Assembly: GCA_964342815.1 (NCBI GenBank)
Contig: CAYFHS010000019.1
Span: 1 to 64,000 of the forward strand
Length of the DNA: 64,000 nt
Reading direction: 5' to 3'
Source of the DNA: an uncultured archaeon
GTDB lineage: Archaea; Thermoplasmatota; Penumbrarchaeia; JASLWR01
The notes under the pieces are model-generated. The model was not told where the DNA came from. It worked only from the letters and a program-made list of their open reading frames with translations, and made no database searches. Each line of letters opens with the position of its first letter. The stretch's first letter is position 1. The translations under genes and the position numbers were made by a program. Shown piece by piece: positions 58,913-64,000 of the stretch.

Positions 58913-58950
58913 AGAACAAAGTTCGAACCCCCCTAGAACAATTTTCGAAC
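58913..58950. promoter_or_regulatory. Tandem 16-bp direct repeats upstream of a TATA-like box
   Basis: agaacaaagttcgaac (58913-58928) and agaacaattttcgaac (58935-58950), 22 bp apart, beside TTATATAAG about 25-30 nt upstream of ATG 58875. Confidence 0.5.
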
Positions 58951-59085
58951 AAAAACAAATTCTTTTCCATGTTGGTCATCCCGATCGTCTATGACAGTAT
59001 AAAAAAAAACCATGAATACTGCTCGGTCCACACCGACCGTGGGAGCAAGCTCCCCACTATGTTTTTCACTTTTATATTATTATAT

Positions 59086-59119
59086 CGGCCCGCCGTTTGC
59101 TGGAGCTCGGCGGCCCTCT
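59086..59119 (+). repeat. REP-like hairpin, copy C
   Basis: cggcccgccgtttgctggagctcggcggccctct; 30 aligned identities to copy A. Confidence 0.8.
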
Positions 59120-59140
59120 TTATGAAGAGAACCCAACAAA

Positions 59141-59779
59141 CTATGGAATAAAATCGAATAGCTCGGGCCCGATCATAACGGAGATCATATACTTGTTGTC
59201 ATAAATATGGAAATCCTTCATTTGTACGTTCTTCATCTTCGCTATCTCGAATGAGAATTTATTCATTTCCGGTATCGAACTGAAACTGAACATCAGTTTT
59301 TGTTCCGAGAGGACCTTGTCCCGCAGATCGTTAACGAGCTTCAGCGCGGCTTTGACCTCGTCAATGGTGGTAACTTTCTCCGATTCCCGCTGGTCCTTCC
59401 GCTTCAATGCCTCGGAAACCGTCAGCATCAGCTCGTCGTTATCCCAGGGTTTGCCTATGTAACTGTATACGTGGGCCTTGTTAATAGCTTCCTTTGCTAT
59501 GTCTATGTCTGAAAAACCAGTAACTAGTATTCTTATTGTGCTGGGCCAGATCTCCTTTGCTCTTCCCAGAAGTTCCACGCCGGTCATTCCCGGCATCTTG
59601 TAATCAGCGAGAATAAGGTCATATTCCTTTTCCACCAGCTTTCCGAGAGCTTCATTTCCATTGGATGATGTGGTAACCTCACATTTAAAATCATCAGAAA
59701 ATTCCAGAATCTTCGATAGAGAGTCCAAAATATTCTCCTCGTCGTCCACTACCATTATACGATAGGTTTTCTTGGCCAC
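59141..59779 (-). CDS. Response regulator: receiver domain plus unrecognised C-terminal domain
   Basis: IMVVDDE, DLILADYKMPGMTG (phospho-Asp), TG and GKPW motifs. Confidence 0.92.
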   Translation of the reverse strand: MAKKTYRIMVVDDEENILDSLSKILEFSDDFKCEVTTSSNGNEALGKLVEKEYDLILADYKMPGMTGVELLGRAKEIWPSTIRILVTGFSDIDIAKEAINKAHVYSYIGKPWDNDELMLTVSEALKRKDQRESEKVTTIDEVKAALKLVNDLRDKVLSEQKLMFSFSSIPEMNKFSFEIAKMKNVQMKDFHIYDNKYMISVMIGPELFDFIP

Positions 59780-59816
59780 TTGATCCGCTCCTAGGTCGCT
59801 TATCTACTATAGTTAT

Positions 59817-60986
59817 TCAGGACGTTATTGGAACTTTAATCGTCATTGATGTCCCCTTCCCTGCCTTGCTTTCCACCTGAATGTCGCCGTCATGGTCCTT
59901 TATTGTCCGATAGCTTATACTGAGTCCGAAACCGGTACCGCTGTCCTTGGTGGTGAAGAAGGGATCGAATATCTTGCTTATTATATCCTCGGGTATTCCC
60001 TTACCGTTATCTCGTATCTGGATATAAATATTTTGGCCATCACGCCAGGTTTTTATCCATATGTCTCCCTTTCCCATGGACTGGGAGGCATTGATGATCA
60101 CGTTCATGAACACCTGGTTCAGTTGGCCAATGTTGCACTTGGTCTTGGGAATGTCGCCGTAATCGTCGTGTATCTCGATCCGGTGTTTCAACCGGTTGGT
60201 CAAGATTATAAGAGTGTCGGCAATCCCCTCGTTTATATCGGCAGATGCCTTTCCGCCCGTATCCGGTCTCGCAAATCTCTTCAATGTTTGCGTTATCTTC
60301 GATATCCTGTTGATCCCCTCTATGTTAATCTTAATGTCCTTGTCGATCTGCTCCAGGATCTCCGTATCTATCTTCTTTCCGTCCCAGCGCCTTTTCAATA
60401 CCGATATCTTCTTTTCTATGAACTGGGTGTTGGATTTGATGTATGCCAGAGGATTGTTCACCTCGTGTGCGACGCCTGCCACAAGCTGGCCAAGTGCCGC
60501 CATCTTTTCCGATTGAATAAGACCGTATGTCTGCTGCCTTACTTCCTCTTCCAGGTGTTCGGTGTATTTGATAATTTTTTCTTCCATCTGTTTGCGCTCG
60601 ATTGCATATCGTATGGACCGCACCAGAAAATAGCTGTTGACCTTTCCCTTGATGAGATAGTCCTGCGCTCCCACCTGTACGGCTCGTAGACCCAGCGATT
60701 CATCCTCGAAACCGGTCAGGACTACTATAGGTACGGTGGGTTCCCTTTCGTATATCCTTCCCACGGTCTCAAGACCTTGACTGTCCGGTAATGTGAGGTC
60801 CAGAAGTGTCACGTCGAACCAATTTTCCTTGAGTTTAAGGAGAGCTTCATCGAGACGCTCCACGTGAACCAGTCTGAACTGGGCCGCGGGTTTCGCATCC
60901 GCCAGCATTTCCCTGATCAATCGGGCGTCCCCGGGATTGTCTTCCACCAGCAGTATCCTGATCGCCCTCACCGTCATATAATTCAC
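59817..60986 (-). CDS. Hybrid receiver-histidine kinase (REC-HisKA-HATPase, NtrB-like kinase core)
   Basis: LLVEDNPGD...LLDLTLPD; [10 protein letters not shown]; [23 protein letters not shown] and GTGFGLS motifs. Confidence 0.95.
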   Translation of the reverse strand: MNYMTVRAIRILLVEDNPGDARLIREMLADAKPAAQFRLVHVERLDEALLKLKENWFDVTLLDLTLPDSQGLETVGRIYEREPTVPIVVLTGFEDESLGLRAVQVGAQDYLIKGKVNSYFLVRSIRYAIERKQMEEKIIKYTEHLEEEVRQQTYGLIQSEKMAALGQLVAGVAHEVNNPLAYIKSNTQFIEKKISVLKRRWDGKKIDTEILEQIDKDIKINIEGINRISKITQTLKRFARPDTGGKASADINEGIADTLIILTNRLKHRIEIHDDYGDIPKTKCNIGQLNQVFMNVIINASQSMGKGDIWIKTWRDGQNIYIQIRDNGKGIPEDIISKIFDPFFTTKDSGTGFGLSISYRTIKDHDGDIQVESKAGKGTSMTIKVPITS

Positions 60987-61429
60987 TCCTTTGGCAGTCG
61001 TACTATGGTCAGCCAGAACTCTTCAATGGACTTTACCACCTTGATGAACTGGTTCAGGTCCACAGGTTTTGTCACGTAACAATTGGCTCCAAGGCCGTAA
61101 CTCTTCAAGATATCGATCTCCGCGTTCGAGGTAGTCAATACAACCACGGGTATACGCTTCAAATTATTATCACCCTTTATCTCGGCCAGAACCTGCCGCC
61201 CGTCCATTTTTGGCAGGTTCAGATCCAGCAAGATAAGGTCGGGACGAGGAGCTTTGTCATACTTGCCTTCACACCGGAGAAATGTCATTGCCTCTTCACC
61301 GTCTCTCACCACACAGAGATTGATCCGCATCTTTCCTTCTTCCAGCGCTTCGATGGTAAGACGCACGTCCCCGGGATTGTCTTCCACCAGCAGTATCTCG
61401 ACTATCCTGCCGTAATCATCAACGTTCAT
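60983..61429 (-). CDS. Single-domain response regulator (Rcp1-like)
   Basis: [54 protein letters not shown] 61429 overlaps the kinase stop region. Confidence 0.95.
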   Translation of the reverse strand: MNVDDYGRIVEILLVEDNPGDVRLTIEALEEGKMRINLCVVRDGEEAMTFLRCEGKYDKAPRPDLILLDLNLPKMDGRQVLAEIKGDNNLKRIPVVVLTTSNAEIDILKSYGLGANCYVTKPVDLNQFIKVVKSIEEFWLTIVRLPKE

Positions 61430-63155
61430 ACTCGTTCGCCTCTTTCCTTTTAGGTATGGTGAAGTAGAAGGTGGAGCCCTCACCCGCTTTCGAAATCACC
61501 CATATGCGTCCACCGTGCCGTTCCACGATTTTCTTGCAGACCGCGAGGCCGATACCTGTTCCTGGATATTCCGCTTTTGTGTGTAGGCGTTGGAATACCT
61601 GAAATATCCTATCGGCGTGCTGGGTTTCGATCCCTATGCCATTGTCCCGGACGGTGAAACAGTACGCCTCTTCATTCTCCTTTACCGAAATGTGTACGCT
61701 GGGACTCTCCTTCCCCCGGAACTTTATCGCGTTTCCAATGAGGTTCAGGAATAGCTGGGCAAGCTGGGTGTCATCGGCCATAACAGTGGGCAACGTACCC
61801 CGGGTTACAACGGCACCGTTCTCCTTAATTGACATTTCCAGATCGCTCAAAGTTTGATCCACAACCTTTGAACAGTCAGTTGCTAAAAACGGCTTTTTAC
61901 GCGTTCCTACCCGGGAGTATGTCAATAGGTCATTGATAAGCCTTTTCATTCTCGTAGCCCCGTCCACGGCGTAAGCTATGAATTCGAGGGCATTCTTGTC
62001 CAGTTTGTTCTTGTATCGACGCTCCAGCAACTGAACGTAACTGGCCACCATTCGCAGAGGTTCCTGAAGATCGTGAGATGCGATATAGGCAAACTGCTCT
62101 AACTCCTTATTAGACCGGCTCAACTCCTCGGTTCGCGCTTTGATCTCGTCCTCGAGGTGGCTCCGGTGCTCCATCAATTCTTCTTCGGCCCGCACCCGTT
62201 CACCTATCTCGAGTTGCAATTGGACATTGGCTTCCGTCAACTGGGCGGTACGCTCCTTCACCATATCCTTCAGTGCATCCCGATACATCTTCAGTTCCGC
62301 TTCAGCCTGCTCCCGCTCGTCGATCCCGCTTTGCATTTCCGCCTGAATTCGCTTTGATGCTTTATACGATATAAAAAGAATGACTAAACCCGATATTATG
62401 AAAATTATGGATAGTATTTCTGGATAGCCGAAGTAATTATTTTTTTCCTTTTCAGGGAGGTCCATGGGAAGAGTGGGACAATCGAGCATGGTGAATATCT
62501 CTACCGCCGCGTAAGTGGAATACATATCCCTGCCGTACTGACCTGGACCCGCTTTCTGATCCATGATGAAGTGGAGAATGGGTAAGCGCTCCAGTGCCTT
62601 TGTTTGTCCGGAATTCTCAAAAAAACGCACCGCGGCATATGTACCGTGAAGCGAAACATTCCCATCAATTTCATGAATATATCCCGCAAAAGCACCTGTT
62701 CCCGAGCGCTGATATTTTTTTATTATATAATCTGTGATTTTTTCCAGTGACATTTTCCCCTCCACAAAATCCAATTTCTCGGTTTCGTTATTACCACCGA
62801 GCCACCACAGGGCATTAAAGGCATTATATGTTCCGTAGATCTCGGAGGCTTTTTCTCCAGGTTTGTCCGAGTATCCGCCATCAACAGAAGAAAGACTGCT
62901 GTCGACGAAACTTGCCACGTTGATAATATAGCTTGACTCGAAGTTCTTACCCTGGTGCCCGTTTATTATTCCCAATGCATTTATGGCTTTAGAGGTGCAT
63001 TTCATGGTTGAAGTCATTCCATCTTCCGTGTATTCCTCATCCCAGAAACCCCCGTCGGGATTCCTGTGAGCATTGATGAAATTTTCGATGCGGGTCAGGT
63101 TCAGTTCCGGCTGGTCCAATCCACCAAGCATTTCAAGTGACTTCAATGCCTCCAA
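61419..63155 (-). CDS. C-terminal part of frameshift-split sensor kinase: prenyltransferase-repeat-like outer domain, TM, coiled coil, phytochrome-type HisKA-HATPase
   Basis: [19 protein letters not shown] and [10 protein letters not shown] repeats; TM; [14 protein letters not shown]; [19 protein letters not shown] and GTGIGL motifs. The frame is open upstream to 63215. Confidence 0.9.
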   Translation of the reverse strand: MEALKSLEMLGGLDQPELNLTRIENFINAHRNPDGGFWDEEYTEDGMTSTMKCTSKAINALGIINGHQGKNFESSYIINVASFVDSSLSSVDGGYSDKPGEKASEIYGTYNAFNALWWLGGNNETEKLDFVEGKMSLEKITDYIIKKYQRSGTGAFAGYIHEIDGNVSLHGTYAAVRFFENSGQTKALERLPILHFIMDQKAGPGQYGRDMYSTYAAVEIFTMLDCPTLPMDLPEKEKNNYFGYPEILSIIFIISGLVILFISYKASKRIQAEMQSGIDEREQAEAELKMYRDALKDMVKERTAQLTEANVQLQLEIGERVRAEEELMEHRSHLEDEIKARTEELSRSNKELEQFAYIASHDLQEPLRMVASYVQLLERRYKNKLDKNALEFIAYAVDGATRMKRLINDLLTYSRVGTRKKPFLATDCSKVVDQTLSDLEMSIKENGAVVTRGTLPTVMADDTQLAQLFLNLIGNAIKFRGKESPSVHISVKENEEAYCFTVRDNGIGIETQHADRIFQVFQRLHTKAEYPGTGIGLAVCKKIVERHGGRIWVISKAGEGSTFYFTIPKRKEANEYER

Positions 63156-63655
63156 TGTTGTCCTGATTCCCGGTGAGTTCTCATAGCTTCCCCGAAATCC
63201 TGCAAAACGTTCCCTTCACCCGGCTTGTGATAGCTTATGTTACCAAGCAAACTATGGGTAAATTCGATATTTGGAACATAGCAGTCCATTAGATAATTCA
63301 AAGTAGCTTTGTGGTCTATGGACTCGAGGGAATCGAATAAAGAAAGAATGGATATGGCAAATCTCGTTGTTATCAAAGTCTTTGAATTTCTTTCATCCGG
63401 CTCATTAACAAGATCCGGATTATTCACGAAGTAACCCTGGGAGTTCTGACAGGACGCGATATATTCCACGATCTCTCCGGGATCATAATGAACATTTTCC
63501 TGCCTGTATTTTTCCATAGCTTCCCGGTACTCGGCATCTTCGTCCTCATCCTGTGACTGACGCACGGATGAATAGGCCCAAAGGTAAACTCCGGAAAATA
63601 TTAAGCTCAACGCCAGCACAAGTGCATACATTGACCTTGATTTCAATTTCACCAT
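63143..63655 (-). CDS. N-terminal part of the same sensor kinase (TM1 plus first prenyltransferase-like repeats)
   Basis: TM (ALVLALSLIFSGVYLWAY); IVEYIASCQNSQGYF; overlaps the kinase ORF in another frame. ATG 63655 preferred over track start 63724. Confidence 0.75.
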   Translation of the reverse strand: MVKLKSRSMYALVLALSLIFSGVYLWAYSSVRQSQDEDEDAEYREAMEKYRQENVHYDPGEIVEYIASCQNSQGYFVNNPDLVNEPDERNSKTLITTRFAISILSLFDSLESIDHKATLNYLMDCYVPNIEFTHSLLGNISYHKPGEGNVLQDFGEAMRTHRESGQHWRH

Positions 63656-63738
63656 GCAATCGACTCTTCCTTCCCTTTGTTCTTTCCCCCGCCGGAGAAC
63701 TTTTGGGAAGCTTATTCCCAACAAATTGTACCTTTATA

Positions 63739-64000
63739 TTAATAAAGAGCATGATCCTTTGCTCTCTTGTAAGACTTTTCGGCCTCTTCCAATCTCACCT
63801 CGTCACCAATCTTTCTTGAAATGGCCATCTCCTGCTCGAAACATTCCATTGCCTGGGGGAACATCAGCCAATAAATATAGATCTCACCTTTGAAATGAAG
63901 TATCGAAGCCAGTTCCATTTGGGATATGTCCTTATCCTCGAGAACTTCGAGGATGTTCAAGAACTCCTCGAAATGATGATCTGCCATGATGTCCATTCCC
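63739..64000 (-). CDS. TPR-like protein, possibly 5'-truncated by the window edge
   Basis: LASILHFKGEIYIYW...AMECFEQEMAISRKIGD TPR-like helix pair; frame is open to position 64000. Confidence 0.65.
   Translation of the reverse strand, partial: GMDIMADHHFEEFLNILEVLEDKDISQMELASILHFKGEIYIYWLMFPQAMECFEQEMAISRKIGDEVRLEEAEKSYKRAKDHALY

Overview
Archaeal genomic DNA, shown by the rps8e-srp19-aIF-1A-rio1-KH ribosome/translation cluster at 38.8-41.6 kb and a fused thiDN. My inference from the style of the small hypothetical genes and coiled-coil/zinc-ribbon proteins is Thermoplasmatota. Ordinary metabolism: a three-subunit xanthine-dehydrogenase-family molybdoenzyme, MarR-MATE, a DUF362 Fe-S protein, AlkD, an acyl-CoA synthetase, a PLP aminotransferase and a large CoA-enzyme activase fusion. 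These are interleaved with visibly AT-rich accessory genes and many large cell-surface proteins (C25-peptidase-like, Ig, PKD, FG-GAP, beta-helix and propeller repeats). I found no rRNA, tRNA, CRISPR array, transposase, integrase or reverse transcriptase. Most unusual signals: (1) a co-oriented block at 48-64 kb containing a frameshift-split ~1,430-aa surface receptor (14-blade double propeller, Ig, PKD, TM) with a cytoplasmic double winged-helix domain, plus a frameshift-split histidine kinase whose outer sensor looks like a prenyltransferase alpha/alpha barrel, feeding a three-gene receiver relay; (2) a non-coding 65-bp repeat array with ~32.5-bp internal periodicity after the XDH operon; (3) a dispersed REP-like hairpin family, two copies of which bracket an FGE/C-type-lectin gene with a DGR-like variable 3' end; (4) an RND/MMPL-like ectodomain without its transporter helices and a three-hairpin ATPase c/K-like protein lacking the ion-binding Glu. 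All family calls come from motif recognition by eye; no database search was run.
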